64,000 bases of DNA from Mobula hypostoma (lineage: Eukaryota): positions 99,388,001 to 99,452,000 of the forward strand of contig NC_086108.1 of the NCBI RefSeq assembly GCF_963921235.1, in the 5' to 3' direction. Positions within the stretch are counted from its first letter, which is position 1. Each line of letters starts with the position of its first letter. The notes below the pieces were generated by a model. It saw only the letters and a program-made list of their open reading frames with translations. It had not been told where the DNA came from and did no database searches. This document shows positions 21,581 through 35,374 of this stretch, one piece after another. The position numbers and the translations under genes were made by a program.

Positions 21581-24089
21581 CACGCACTTGGGCAGTGCGT
21601 TCCAGATTCTGAACATCATCTGCGTAAAGAAGATGTCTTCCTTTTATTCCTCTGAATCCTTTACTCCTCATCTCACATCAATGGCTAATGGTTATAAATA
21701 TCTCTGTTATGGGGAAAAATTTACTATCTTTTACCTCATATTTTTGTCCACTTCTAGCATATTCTCCCTCACCTTTTCTACTCAAAGTGAAGCAAACCCA
21801 GCTTTAGTTGCTTCTCACAACTCAGGCACCAAGTAGGCTCTTCAGTGCAATCATGTCCTCTCTATACCCTGATGACTAAAATTTCATACTATATACTAGT
21901 TGCAGTCTTACAATGCTTCATTAAGCTGTACTGCAAATCTCTTGTTATTATATTCTGTTCTGCTGCTGATGAAGGCTAGAATCCTGTTTGTCTTCTTTGC
22001 CCCCTCTCTATCCGTGTTGCCAATTCGGGATCTTCCGAACCTGTATGCCAAATTCTCTCTGTTTATCAGTACTTCCTATTACCCTACCACCCATTGTGGA
22101 TGTCCTACCCTTATTTAACCTCAAATGCATATTTCCATAAGACCATAAGATATAGGAACAGAATTAGGCCATTGTCCCGTTGAGACTGCTCTCCAGCTTT
22201 CCCTCTCAGCTCTAATCTCCCGTCTCTTCCCCGTGTCCCTTCATGCCCTGATCAATACCAATTTCAATACAGTCAACTCTCATTGTTCTAAATCTTCAAG
22301 ACTGTGGACATAATCTTTCCTCATAAGGCAACATTCTCACCCTCGGATTCAACCCAATAAATCTCCACATTAAGGACCCCTAACACCCTCTTCTCATTGC
22401 TACATCAGGGAGGAGTTACAGGAGCCCGAAGACTCAACATTTTAGAAACAGCTTCTTCTCCTCTGCTATCAGATGTCTGAACAGTCCACAAACTGACCCA
22501 TGAACATTACCTCACTTTTTTTCTTTCTTTTTTTGAACTAATTACTGTATTTATTTTTATATGTAAATTTCTTCCAGTATCCTATTGTATTTTTAATATA
22601 TTGCACTGTACTGTTGCTGGAAAACAACAGATTTCACAATATACACATCAGTGATATTAAACATGATTCTGATTCTACTTCTAACAACCTCCAAAGCACG
22701 TGTATCCATTAAAAAAAAGTAAAACGCTATTCTTATCATAGTCTCAATAAACCCTAGGACAATATATTATTATTTTCTTATTTCACTATTATTTTCTTAC
22801 TTTGCTCCCTTTTTGAACTGCTTGTTCATTTAATTATATACAGTTTTTTTTTATTGTAATTTGTAGTTTTGCACTGTACTGCTGGTGCATAACAAGAGAT
22901 TTCATGCCATATGCCAGTGATATTAAACCTCATTCTAAAAGACCAGAACAGGACTTGAGCCCACAATTATCTGACTCGGAGGTAAAAGTGTTATCAAATG
23001 AGCTGCATTTGACAATGGCAGCAATGCCCAGTTTATAGGTGTAATGATGAGGCCTGAAAGCTTTACACGACAATATTTTCACTCAATCTTGGCACGCATG
23101 GAAGGGTTGCTGAGGGAAATAATGTGCTTTGGCTCTGCCTCTGTCAGCGAATTGGCTGAGTCAACACCAAGTGTGTAAAACCCATTTCGAGGGGCCTGCT
23201 GTAGTGACAATTGTGAAGAGTGAGGCAACAGAGTGCTCCTGTGGAGCTTTTTGTTAAAACATTGCCTTGGAAGTGTCCGGCATGGTATCACACCTGTACT
23301 TCTGGATGCTGTTATTACTGTCGACTGGAAAGAAATAAACCATTCGCGCAGCTGACATTGTCATCCCACCCCTTGACAGGAACAGCTATTAAAATTAATA
23401 ATAAGAAAGATCAACATGATTCACTTTGTCAAAGCAGAGGCTTCTGTCCTAGTTAGGTGTGGTTCTGTGGCATTTTCAATAAGAGAGTTGCAAGGCCAGT
23501 AAACTTATTGCCTTTCTCTCTTTCCCCAGACACCATGTGAGGATGCAAAATTGATTCTCAGGGGAAAAGAGGAGCTACACTCCAGCTGCACACCCTCCTG
23601 ATTAAGGGTAGGGTCATACTTCTTCAACACGTTGAACTTTTATCTGGTCCGGCTGCATTATTAGCCACATAAATTAAATCCCTATGGTCTAATTTGATTG
23701 CAAAGGTTACCAAGACGGGCCTCCGGCTGAAGATTGCAGTTATTCAGATTTCTGCAATAGATTCTTTTCTTTAAACTTGACTTCTTGAAAAATATTCAGC
23801 TTGGTTTTAAGTGTTTTAAAAGCAGTTAAATCTTGCTTCATTGAGAGCTGGTCAGAGTTAATGAAAACACTCCATTATTGTTGTCAAGTCTAATCGTGGG
23901 TTCAGGAGGTTTTTCCCTTTTCTTTAAGGTACATTTGTAGCTTAATGACATCACACATTTCTCGCAGAAACCACGTTCCAGACTCCGGTTTCTATCACAG
24001 AACTGAGCCTGAGGAAGTTTGGTCATACTTGAAGGTTTCTAGAGCATCTTTCCATTTTGTGACTCAGATTCAGTTTAATTTATCATGTG

Positions 24090-24905
24090 TACTTCAGAAC
24101 AGACAGTGAAATTCAAATTCAAAGATTGAAAATATATTTATTATCAAACTATGTATGCAGTATACAACCCGGAGATTCATCTTCCCACAGTCAGCTATGG
24201 AACAAAGAAACACCATGGAACCGGTTCAAAGAAAACTTCAATTACCCAACGTGCAAAAAAAGAACAGATCACGCAAATGGGGAAAAAGGAGTGAAAACCA
24301 CAGAATTTAAAAAAAACAAACCACAAAGTCATTGACAGTCTAGGAATATTCAGTTTAGTTCAGTTCAGTTTAATTTAGCGTTGTGTCATTCACTGACTTT
24401 AGGCCACAGAGCCCAATCAAAATCACACAAAATAGCAACAAATAAGGAGTAACCACAAACCAGAAACATATCATAACATGAACTAGAGTCCAATCCACAA
24501 ACCACATTGATTAATCCTTACCCAAGGACCCAAGACTCCTGCGGCATTGGGAGAGGGGGAGGGGAGAGGGAGAGATACCTGCTTGTCTTCCACTCTGTCC
24601 TCATTTCTTTCAGTCTTCCTCAGCACTTTAATTGGCAAGAAATAGTGTTGATCATGGGCCTGCGCCCTGTCGCCAGGTTTCTTGGCCTTCAAGCTGCACA
24701 CTTCACTCGAAACCTCACTGAATTCCTTTGAGAACAGCAAAGCTCTAGATCACTCAATCAGCTGGAAAAGACTCCATCAAAATGTAAATCATAGGTTCCA
24801 AAAGTAGCAGAATCATATTCGAAAGAAGAAGTAAAAGAAGTAGTTTTGTGAACTTTCTGAAGGATGTCTCCTTTAGTTGCATTGTTTGCTGGCGCCATCT
24901 TCATC
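24090..24905 (-). mobile_element. Probable non-autonomous LINE derivative (AAGATGGCG 5' end, Rex-like 3' tail)
   Basis: The minus strand starts AAGATGGCGCC and ends in a tail like the Rex-type 3' UTRs. The layout resembles 61135-61985. Confidence 0.4.
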
Positions 24906-25440
24906 AGATAAGATTGTATATGGGTGTTTGTTTTAACAAACAACACCCTCCCCAACAACCTAAAGATGTGCGGGGGGCAGCCTGCAAGTGTTGTCACACA
25001 TTCTAGTACTAACTTAGCAGAGACATAACAAACAAACACGGACAGTCCCCAGACTCCAGAGCTGGGCTCCAGCCATCAGATAGCAGATTTCAACTTCCAG
25101 ATTTCTGATTGACCATCGAGAAATGAGTTTTGCTGCTAAGCTCTGGACTAGTTGATAAGAGGATACCCAAATAGCAGACTTAAACTCCGGGCTCACCAAC
25201 TTGCTGACCCTGGCATCTCCACGTGCCTTCTGCTCGCAGTGACATCCAGTCCCAAGACCCATGGATCTGGGATGGCCTGACATTTATGATTGCACTGCAT
25301 CTGAACCTGGTGAAGGGAATTGGCCTGAAATGTTGACTGTCTATTCCTCTCCATAGATGCTGCTTGACCTGTAGAGTTATTCTAGCATTTTGTGTGTGTT
25401 TATGTGTGCTTTTTAAATGTATTTGTACATGGACATAGAT

Positions 25441-25739
25441 ATGCCGTGGTAGTCTGGTGGTTAGTACAACACTATTACAGCTCGAGACATCAGAGTTCGG
25501 AATTCAATTCCAACATCATCTATAAGGAGTTTGTACGGCCTCCCTGTTGAATGTGCGGGTTTTCTGCAGGTGCTTCGGTTTCCTCCCATAGTTCAAAGAC
25601 ATATAGTTTAGTAGGTTAGTTGGTCATTGTAAGTTGTCCTGTGATGGTGATAGGGTTAAACTGAGATTGTTGGGCTGTGCTGCGTGAAAGGCCAGAAGGG
25701 ATCATTCTGCGCTGAATCTCTAAATGAAATAAATAAATA
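25441..25739 (+). mobile_element. V-SINE (HE1-like, tRNA-derived)
   Basis: A-box-like 'tggtggttag', B-box-like 'ttcaattcc', V-domain 'ggtgcttcggtttcctcccatagttcaaagac', (AAAT)n tail. Confidence 0.75.
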
Positions 25740-27039
25740 GCTTGGGCCAGAAAAGAGAGAAGGTCAGCTGAGAATTGATGGGGGAAGAAGAGTGAAGCAA
25801 GGCAGAAGATTGTGGGAGATGCAGTCTGGAAAAATCACTGATTCCCATTCCCATTCCCATTAAAGATACTCTCTGATGTACTCAAGTCTATTATGAAAGT
25901 ATATACCTAACTACAACAATGCCAGAACACCCAATGGCATCATTGTTCTTGAGTTTAATGGGGATTAGTGACAAGGGCCGTTTCTCACTATTTCTAGTTA
26001 GGGCGAGGCCTGTTTATAATGTTGATGTAATTGGAGCTATGAACCATTACAGTTCAGTGATTTCATTAATGACAGATTGAGGTGAAAGGAATAGCTGAAA
26101 TGAAAGAATATCAAGGATGTTGATAAGCATGAAGACAAGGACAAAATAGATAGTTCTTCCAATAGCCAATACAAATCCTCTTGTAGTGATTTTAAGATAT
26201 TGATTTTACACTTCTATTCTCACTCAGATGGTTGAGAAGGGTCAGAGAGTTCCCCTGGGGTTTGAAAAGGAGAGATGGATGACTTGTGCATCGCTCTCTA
26301 TCTCTGTTACAACATCAACATTAACTCACAACAGCATGATAAAACATACTGAAACACTGCTCAAGAATGTTAACAAACAAAATTTGATGCCAAGACACAC
26401 AAGAACTTTTCAATTAGTGTGTTGATGTTCAGATGAAATTTGAACCCTGCATTTGAGGTAAACAAAAAATAGACTAAAATTGGGAAGAAAACTTGATCAA
26501 AAGCATAAAATTGTGGTTTTCTAATGCACCACAAATCACTGCTTTTGAGGAATGTGCAATGAGTTAATATTCTCAATGCTTGTGTCTTGTGTAACTCTGG
26601 AATTTACTGGAGCTGCGATAATTCAATTCTAAAACAAAATTGTTCAGGAAAATGGGCACCTCAATTTCTTTACTAACTTCAGAAAAATTGCTGAAGATTT
26701 GGTTAATCCTCTGCATGCCACAGTTCCTGAGGTGACATGAGAATTGAGTAACTGGAGAGAGATTTCTAAAGAAGCGAGTGGAGCAGTCAGGACAATCTAT
26801 GTTCCAGAGTTTCCCAGGAGGTGTAGCAGAAGGGAGATTTCAAAAGAAATGACTGAAGCAGTTGGGGCATTCTGTGTGCTACAGATCCATAGGATTCTTT
26901 GAGGTGTGCATAATTAGGCACTTGGCAAGGGTCAATAAAAATAAGTTAGGTTTAAGCTGAAGTGGCCATTGTGGGAATGGCCATAGTATGAGTGGGCCTG
27001 TGTTAGAGTGGGGAGTTAGACTTTGGCTCATAGAGGCTA

Positions 27040-27745
27040 CAGCAAGGAGAGGCAGAGGTGGTAGGTAGATTTTTTTCATTCAATATTTTTTTCTTTCTTA
27101 TTGCACATTTAGAGGAGTAGGGACACCAGGCAGGATATTGGACTGCTCCTCTTGTGAGATGTGGAAAGGCAGGGATGTGTCCATGACGACTACACATGTA
27201 AGAAGTGCATCCAGCTGCAACTTCTTTCAGACTGTGCTGAGGAGTTGGAGGTGGAACTCGATGAGCTCCAGATTTTTCAGGAGGCTGAGGGGTTGATAGG
27301 CAGGACATACAAGAAGGTAGTTACACCCAAGGTAAAAGACACAGGTAACTGGGTGACTGTCAGGAGGGGGAAGGGGATAGGCAGCCCGTGCAGAGTACCC
27401 CTGTGATTGTTCCCTTCAGTAACAGGTACACCACTTTGGATACTGCTGGGAGGGATAACTTAGCAGAGGAAAGTCACAGCAGTCAGGTCTCTGACACTGA
27501 GTTTGACTCTGTGGTTCAGAAGGGAAGGGATGATAAGACGTGAGCTGTAGTGATAAGGGATTAATTGGTTAGGGAAACGTATAGCAGGTTCTGTGAGATG
27601 AGAATGAGATTGCTGGATGGTATGTTGCCTCTCAGGTGCCAGGGTCTAGGATATCTCTGATCAAGTCCATAGCGTTCTTAAGTGGGAGGGTGAGCAGATA
27701 GAGGTCGTTTTCCAATGACATGGGTAGAAAGGGTGATGAGGTCCT
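27040..27745 (+). mobile_element. CR1 LINE ORF1 fragment (zinc finger/leucine zipper plus SGNH esterase)
   Basis: DYTCKKCIQLQLL...ELEVELDEL, WVTVRRGKG, then decayed VVI.D..VR...RFC...MVCCL.GARV.D. Confidence 0.75.
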
Positions 27746-27749
27746 TCAA

Positions 27750-28600
27750 AGTTCACAGTTCAAAATAAATTTATTATCAAAGTACATAAATATCACCATA
27801 TCAAACCCAGAGATTTACTTTCTTGTGGGAAGACTCAACAAATCTATAGAATAGTAACTATAACAGAATCAGTGAATGACCACCAGACTAGCACTTTCAA
27901 CCAGAGTGCAGAAGACAACAAACTGTGCAAATGCAAAAAGAAGAAACAATAATATAAATAAATAAGGTGAACTTGAGATGCAGAGTCCTTAAAAGTCAGT
28001 CCATTGGTTGTGGGAACATTTCAATAATGGGGCAAGTGAAGTTATCTCCTTTGTTCAGCAGCTGATGGTTGATAACTGTTCCTAAAACTGGTGGTGCCAG
28101 ACCCAAGGCTCTTGTACCTCCTTCCTGATGGCAGCAGCGAGAAGAGAGCATGTCCTGGGTGGAGGGGTTCCCTGATGATAGATACTGATTTCTGTTCTAC
28201 GGCATTGGTGTTTCCATACCAGGCTATGATGTAGCCAGTCAATACACTCTCCACAACACATCAATGGAAGTTTGTCAAAGTTTTAGATGTCATGCCAAAA
28301 GAAGTAGTGGCACTGTTGTGCTTTCTTCACCACCTGATTCATCACCATCTTTGACTTGGTCCACAATAGTGGTGCTATCAGCAAACTTGAATATGACATT
28401 GGAGCTGTATTTAGCCACAAAGTCATAAGGGTAAAGCAAGCAGAGCAGGAGGCTAATCACACAGCCTTCAGGTGCACTTGTGCTGATGGAGGTCGTGGAG
28501 GAGATGTTGTCAATCTGAGCTGACTGGGGTCTACAATTGCACAGGGAGGTATTGAGGTCAAGGTCTTGGAGCTTTTTGATTTGTTCTGAGGTGATGATAG
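27750..28600 (-). mobile_element. Old Rex1/Babar-like LINE, 3' part (continues at 30520)
   Basis: HPGHALFSLLPSGRRYKSL, ST.AP.GCV.S.LL, KFADSTT. Confidence 0.7.
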
Positions 28601-30515
28601 AAACATAGAAAACACACAGCACAATACAAGCCCTTTGGCCCACAAAGCTGTTCTGAACATATCCCCTCCTTAGAACTACCTAGGCTTTACCCATAGCCCT
28701 TTATTTTTCTTATCTCCATGTAGCCATCCAGGAGTCTCTTAAAAGACCCTATCATTTCTGCTTCCACCACCACCGCCAGCAGCCCATTCCACTCACTCAC
28801 CACACTCTGCATAAAAAAACTCACCCCTGACATCTCCTCTGTATCTACTTCCAAGCACCTTAAAACTATGCCCTCTCGTGCTAGCCATTTCAGCCCTGGG
28901 CAAAAGCCTCTGACTATCCACATGATAAATACCTCCCATTATCTTGTACACCCCTATCAACTCACCTCTCATCCTCCATCACTTCAAGGAGAAAAGACCG
29001 AGTTCACTCAACCTATTCTCATAAGGCATGCTCCCCAATCCAGGCAACATCCTTGTAAATCTCCTCTGCACCCTTCCTATGGTTTCCATATCCTTCCTAT
29101 AGTGAGGCGACCAGAAATGAGCACAGTATTCCAAGTGTGGTCTGACCAGGGTCCTATATAGCTGCAATGTTACCTCTCGGCTCTTAAACTCAATCCCATG
29201 ATTGATGAAGGCCAATGCACCGTATGCCTTCTTAACCACAGATTCAACCTGCTCAGCAGCTTTGAGTGTCCTCTGGACTCAGACCACAAGATCCCTCTGA
29301 TCCTTCACACTGCAAAGAGTTTTACCATTAATGCTACATTCTGCTATCATATTTGACCTACCAAAATGAACTACCTCACACTTATCTGGGTTGAACTCCA
29401 TCTGCCACTTCTCAGCCCACTTTTGCATCCTATCAATGTCCCATTGTAACCTCTGACAGTCCTCCACACTATCCACAACACCCCCAACCTTTGTGTCATC
29501 AGAAAATTTACTAACCCATCCCTCCACTTCCTCATCCAGGTCATTTATAAAAATCACAAAGAGTAGGGGTCCTAGAACAGATCCCTGAGGCACACCACTG
29601 GTCATCGGCCTCCATGCAGAATATAACCCATCTGCAACCACTCTTTGTCTTCTGTGGGCAAGCCAGTTCTGGATCCACAAGGCAATGTCCTCTTGGGTCC
29701 CATGCTTCCTTACTTTCTCAATAAGTGTTGCATGGGGTACCTTATCAAATGCTTTGCTAAAATCCATGTACACTACATCTAAGGCTCTACCTTCATCAAT
29801 GTGCTTAGTCACATCCTCAAAAAATTCAGTCAGCCTCATAAGGCATGACCTGCTTTTGACAAAGCCATGCTGACTATTCCTAATCATATTATGCCTCTCC
29901 AAATGATCATAAATCCTGCCTCTCAGGATCTTCTCCGTCAACTTATCAACCACTGAAGTAAGACTCACTGGCCAATAATTTCCTGCGCTATCCCTACTCC
30001 CTTTCTTGAATAAGGAAACAACGTCCGCAACACTCCAATCCTCTGGAACCTCTCCCATCCCCATTGATGTTGCAAAGATCATTGCCAGAGGCTCAGCAAT
30101 CTCCTCCCTCACTTCCCAGAGTAGCTTTGGGTACATCCTGTCTGGTCCCGGTGACTTATCCAACTTGGTGCTTTCCAAAAGCTCCAGCACATCCTCTTCC
30201 TTAATATCTACATGCTCAAGCTTTTCAGTCCACTGCAAGTCATCCCTACAATCACCTTTCCTGTAGTGAATACTGAAGCAAAGTATTCATTATGTACCTC
30301 AGCTATTTCCTCCGGTTCCATACACACTTCCTTTGTCACACTTGATTGGTCCTATTCTCTCACGTCTTAACCTCTTTCTCTTCACATACTTGTAGAATGC
30401 CTTGGGGTTTTCCTTAATCCTGTCCACCAAGGCCTTCTCATGGCCCCTTCTGGCTCTCCTGATTTCATTCTTAAGCTCCTTCCTGCTAGTCTTATAATCT
30501 TCTAGATTCATATCA
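28600..30515 (-). mobile_element. Young 5'-truncated CR1 LINE nested in the Rex-like element
   Basis: 319-aa open RT segment 29279-30238 (DKSPGPD, QHGF, YMDFSKAFDKVPH, SGVPQGSVLGPLLF, FSDDTK). The (TTTCTATG)n tail lies at about 28600. Confidence 0.92.
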
Positions 30516-30519
30516 TTAT

Positions 30520-32140
30520 TGAATGATATTGAATATTGAGCTGCAGTTGATAAAGAGTATCTTGATGTATGCATCTTTGCTGTCCAGATGTTCCAGTGTT
30601 GAGTGAAGACCCAAACTGATATCATTTGCTGTAGACATGTTGCTCCGATAGGCAAATTGGAGTGGATATAAGTTGCTTCTCAGGCAACAGTTGATATGTT
30701 TCATCACCAGCCTCTCAAAGCACTTCATCACTGTGGATGTAAGAGCTACTGAGGGATAATGGTTGAGGTCGGTCACTATGTTCTTCTTTGGTACCGGTAT
30801 GACTGAAACCTGCTTGAACCAGTTGGGTACCTCAGATTGCCAAAGTGAAAGGGTTAAAGATCTCATTGAACACTCCAGCCAGTTGATCTGCACAGGTCTT
30901 TAGTACTTGGCTAGATACCCTGTCTGGGCTGGATGTTTTATGTGGGTTAACCCTCTCAAAGGATGCTCTTATGTCAGTCTCAGAGAATGAAATCACAGGA
31001 TCACTGGGGACTGTCTGTTTTTGTGACAGTTCCTCCACATTTTTACAGTTAATGCAAGCATAGAAGGCATTGAGCATACTTGGAAGTGAAACCCTGCTGT
31101 CGCCTCTGTTGCTTAATTTAACTCTGTAAGAAATGATAGTATTTAAGCCTTACCACAATTGTCGAGCATCCTTAGTTGATCCAAGTTTAGTCTGGAATTG
31201 TCACTTTGCCCACGAGATGGCTTTCCGGAGATTGTACCCGGACCTCTTGTGACTTTCCTGGTCAGCAAACTTGAATGCCTCTGATCTGACTCTCAGCAGA
31301 TTGTGGATCTTACGGTTCATCCAGGGTTTCTGATTGGGAAAGAGTCTGAATGATTTTGTAGGGACACACTTGTCAACAACTGTTTTAATAAACTCAGTGA
31401 CACCATGGTGCATTCATTCAGATTCACAGGTGAGTCCTTGAACATGGCCCAGTCCACTGACTCAAAGCAATCCCATCGCTGCTCCTCTGCCTCCTGTGGC
31501 CACCTCTTTATTGTCTTAATCACTGGAGCTTTGCTCTTTAGCCTTTGTCTGCATGCAGGGAGGAGAAGGACAATCAAGTGATCAGATTTACTGAAATGCA
31601 CTTTGGACATGGAATGGTAGGAATTCCTTAACCACAGTGGTCTAGTGTGTTAGGACCTGTGGTGCTACAGGTCATATGCTGATGATCATTTGACAGGGTT
31701 TTTTTAAACAAGCCTGGTTGAAATCTCTGTCTATGATTTGAAATTCATTGGGATGGACTTTTTCCGGTTTGGATATGGCATCATGCAGTATCTCAGGCCC
31801 TTGATTATAGTCGGATGTTATGCAGTCATGATTATGGAGGAGAACTCCCTAGGTAAATAGAACGGATGGTATTGGATCACTCGGTGTTCAAGGTCAGGGG
31901 AACATAGTTCAACAAAACCACCACTGTGGAGCACTGAGCGTTTATCATGAAATGCTCATCTCCACCTTTCGCCTTTTCTGAATCAGCAGTTCAACCCATA
32001 TGCAAAATCAAGATGCCTTCTGGTTTGATTGCTGTATCTGGCGTGCCTGGAGCAAGCCATGTCAGACATAGAACACAACAATCCCTCATTTCTCTCTGAT
32101 ACAGCAATCCTGCCCTCATGTTCTCAATTTTGTTTTCCAG
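30520..32140 (-). mobile_element. Old Rex1/Babar-like LINE, APE-RT part
   Basis: SDHL, FPNQKPWMN, VALTSTVMKCFERLV, PLQFAYR. Confidence 0.8.
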
Positions 32141-32199
32141 CATCCTAAAGCGTACTTAGCCGTGGGTGAGTCATCAGAGGGTGAAGGATATCTAATGTT

Positions 32200-33630
32200 G
32201 CTCCATTGTTCGAAAGCATCTAAGAATATGCCAGGAAGTTATAGGCTGATGAGCCTGACATACGAAGTGGGGAAGTTATTGGAATGTATTCTAACAGACC
32301 AGATATATAAGTATTTGGATAGACAGGGACTGATTAGGGATAATCAACATGGCTTTGTTCATGGCAGGTTGTGTCTGATAAATCTTTTCAAGGAAGTTAC
32401 CAGGAAAGTTGATGAAGCCAAGGCAGTGGATGTTGTCTACATGGACTTTAACAAGGCCTTTGGCAAGGTCCTACATGAGAGGTTTCACAAGAAACTTCCA
32501 TCGCTTGGCATTCAAGATTAAGTAGTAAATTGGATTGGATATTGGGTTCACGGAAGAAGCCAGAGAGTGGTTGTCGTAGATGGCTGCCTCTCGGACTGGT
32601 GGCCCTTGACTAGTGGAGTGGTGTAGGGATCTGTGTTGGATCTGTTGTTGTCTGTCATCTCTATCAACAATCTAGATGATAATGAGGTCAATTGGATTAG
32701 CAAATTTGCAGAAGACATCAATATTTGGGGTGTAATACACAGTGAGGAAGACCATCAAAGCTTGTAATGGGATCTGGACCAGCTGGAAGAATAGGCTGAA
32801 AAATGGCAGATGGAATTTAATGTAGACAAATGTGAGGTGTTACACTTTTGGAGTCTAACCAGGGTTTGTCATCCAAAATAGGGTTGACTATAAATACACA
32901 GAGAGTGGTAGGGCACTGAGGAGTGTCTTAGAACAGAGGGATCTGTGAGTAGAGATACATAATTCCTTGAAAGTGACGTCACAGGTAGATAGGTTTGTAA
33001 AGAATGCTTTTTGGCACATCAGCCTTCATAAATCAGTGTATTGGGTACAGGAGTTGGGGTGCTATTTTGAAATGATAGAAGATATTGGTGAGTTCTAATT
33101 TGGAGTATTGTGCGCAGTTTTGGTCACCTACCTACAGGAAAGATTTAAATAAGATTGAAAGAATGTGAAGAAAATTTACAAGGGTGTTGCCAGGACTTGA
33201 GGAGCTGAGTTACAGAGAAAGTTTGAACAGGTTTGGACTTTATTCCCGAGAGCACAGAAGAACGAGGAAAATTTGATAGAGGTATACAAAATTATGAGGC
33301 TATAGATTAGGGTAAATGCAAGAAGGCTTTTTCCACTGAGGGTGGGTAAGACTAGAGGTCATGGGTTAAGGGTGAAGGGTGAAAAGTTTAAAGGGAACAT
33401 GAGGGGAAACTTTTTCTCTTAGAAGGTAACGAGAGTGTGCAACAACCTGCCAGTGGATTTGGGTTTGTTTGCAACATTTAAGAGAAATTTGGATTTGTAC
33501 ATGGATGGAAAGACTATGGGCAGCTATGGTTTGGAGATAGATTGATAGGACTAGGCATATCAATAATTCTTTATGGACTAGACAGTCTGAAGGGCTGTTT
33601 TTGTGCTATATTTTTCTATCACTCTATGGC
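32200..33630 (+). mobile_element. CR1 LINE 3' half, decayed
   Basis: QHGFVHGRLCL, VDVVYMDFNKAF, KWQMEFN.DKCEVLH, and a 3' UTR. Confidence 0.85.
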
Positions 33631-33945
33631 TCAGTGGTAGATTCAAAACATCTCTGTTTGTCTCAGTAACACTAATCTTAGATTGTTCCATCTTTGGTCT
33701 ATAGCCCTCAGTGCCAGCTCACACATAATCCTATAATTCATAAGAACATTAGAGACAGGAGCAGGAGTGAGCTAACCAGCCTTTCAAGGGTAGTCTGTCA
33801 TGCATCAAGATCATGACCTATCTTTTACCTCAGTGCTATTTCCCTGCATGATCCCTATTTTCCTTGATTCTATTAATATCCAAAAATCTTCAGTCACAAC
33901 ATGCTGGAGGAACTCAGCAGGTCAGGCAGCATCCATGGAAACGAT

Positions 33946-33983
33946 CAGTCAACATTTCGGGCTGGAACCCTTCGTCAGGACTG
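33946..33983 (-). ncRNA. Minimal type-I hammerhead ribozyme
   Basis: Reverse complement: CAGTC-CTGACGA-A-GGGTTCCAGCCC-GAAA-TGTT^GACTG. Confidence 0.7.
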
Positions 33984-34876
33984 AAGAGGGAAGGGGCAGA
34001 GGTCCTATAAAGAAGGTGGGGGGAGGGTGGGAAGGTGAAGGCTGGTAGGTTCCAGGTGAAAAACCAGTAAGGGGAAAGATCAAGGGGTGGGGGAGGGGAA
34101 GCAGGGAGGTGATAGGCAGGAAAGGTGAAGAAGGAATAGGGGAAAACACAATGGGTAGTAGAAGAAGGCAGAACCATGAGGGAGGTAGTAGGCAGCTGGA
34201 GGAGGGGGCAGAGTGACATAGGGATACGGGAAGGGAGGGGGAGGGAATTACCAGAAGTTGGAGAATTCAATGTTCATACCAAGGGGCTGGAGACTACCTA
34301 GACGGTAAATGAGGTGTTGCTCCTCCAACCTGAGTTTAGCCTCATCATGGCAGTAGAGGAGGCCATGTAAACCTGATGCAGATTGGGGGACCGCTTCGTC
34401 GAGCACCTCCGCTCCGTCCGCCACAACAGACAGAATTTCCCGGTTGCCTCCCACTTCAACCCTGCTTCACATTCCCGTTTGGATATGTCCATACATGGCC
34501 TCCTCTACTGCCATGATGAGGCTAAACTCAGGTTGGAGGAGCAACAGCTCATAACCCATCTAGGTAGTCTCCAGCCCCTTGGTATGAATGTAGAATTCTC
34601 CAACTTCCGGTAATTCCCTACCCCTTCCTTCCCCTATCCCAGTTTCACTCTGCCCCCTCCCCCAGCTGCCTACTACCTCCCTCATGGTTCTGCTTTCTTT
34701 CTACTACCCATTGTGTTTTCCCCTATTCCTTCTTCACCTTTCCTGCCTATCACCTCCCTGCTTCCCCTCCCTCACCCCTTTATCTTTCCCCTTACTGGTT
34801 TTTCACCTGGAACCTACCAGCCTTCTCCCTCCCACCCTCCCCCACCTTCCTTATAGGGCCTCTGCCCCTTCCCTCT

Positions 34877-34916
34877 ACAGTCCTGATGAAGGGTTCCAGC
34901 CTGAAATGTTGTCTGT
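34877..34916 (+). ncRNA. Minimal type-I hammerhead ribozyme (one stem I mismatch)
   Basis: ACAGTC-CTGATGA-A-GGGTTCCAGCCT-GAAA-TGTT^GTCTGT. Confidence 0.65.
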
Positions 34917-35374
34917 TCATTTCCACGGATGCTGCCCGACCTGCTGAGTTCCTCCAGCGTGTTGTGAGTGTTGCTTTGACCCCAGCATCTGCAGAGTATT
35001 TTGTGTTTACAAAAATCTTCAGTCTGAGTGAACACAATGCCTAAGCCTCTGCAACTGTCCAGGGTTGGGAATTTCAAAGATTATTTGGGTGAAGAAATTT
35101 TTCATCGTATATGGCCTGTGCTTGCTTTAAAAATGTGCTCCACTGGCTCTAGAGTCCTCAGTTAGAGGAAACATCGTTTCTGCATCAAATCTGTCATGCT
35201 TTTTCGGAATTTTGTAAGATTTGATGTGTCTCTTCTCATTATTTCTAAAGTCTAGAGAATACTGGTTTTGTCTGCTAAATCATATACAATCGACCTTCTT
35301 GTCTGGAACTAGTTTAGTGAACCTTTGCTTCCCTCCCTCTATGACAAAGTAGATAAGGAGACCACAAATACATG

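Larger units (their letters stand above)
33896..35009 (+). mobile_element. 5'-truncated PLE with inverted pseudo-LTR (about 474-bp arms, 44-bp tail)
   Basis: Arms 33896-34369 and 34492-34965. GIY-YIG C-terminus GDRFVEH...VASHFN...EQQLI..LGSLQPLGMN. Perfect 15-bp TSD CAAAAATCTTCAGTC (33881-33895, 35010-35024). Confidence 0.9.

Noticed and set aside
23530..23607. Protein-coding exon
   Set aside because: Stop codons occur in all three frames; it is kept only as a weak non-coding candidate.
29279..30238. 319-aa ORF as a functional gene
   Set aside because: It is an internal CR1 RT segment bounded by frameshifts or stops.
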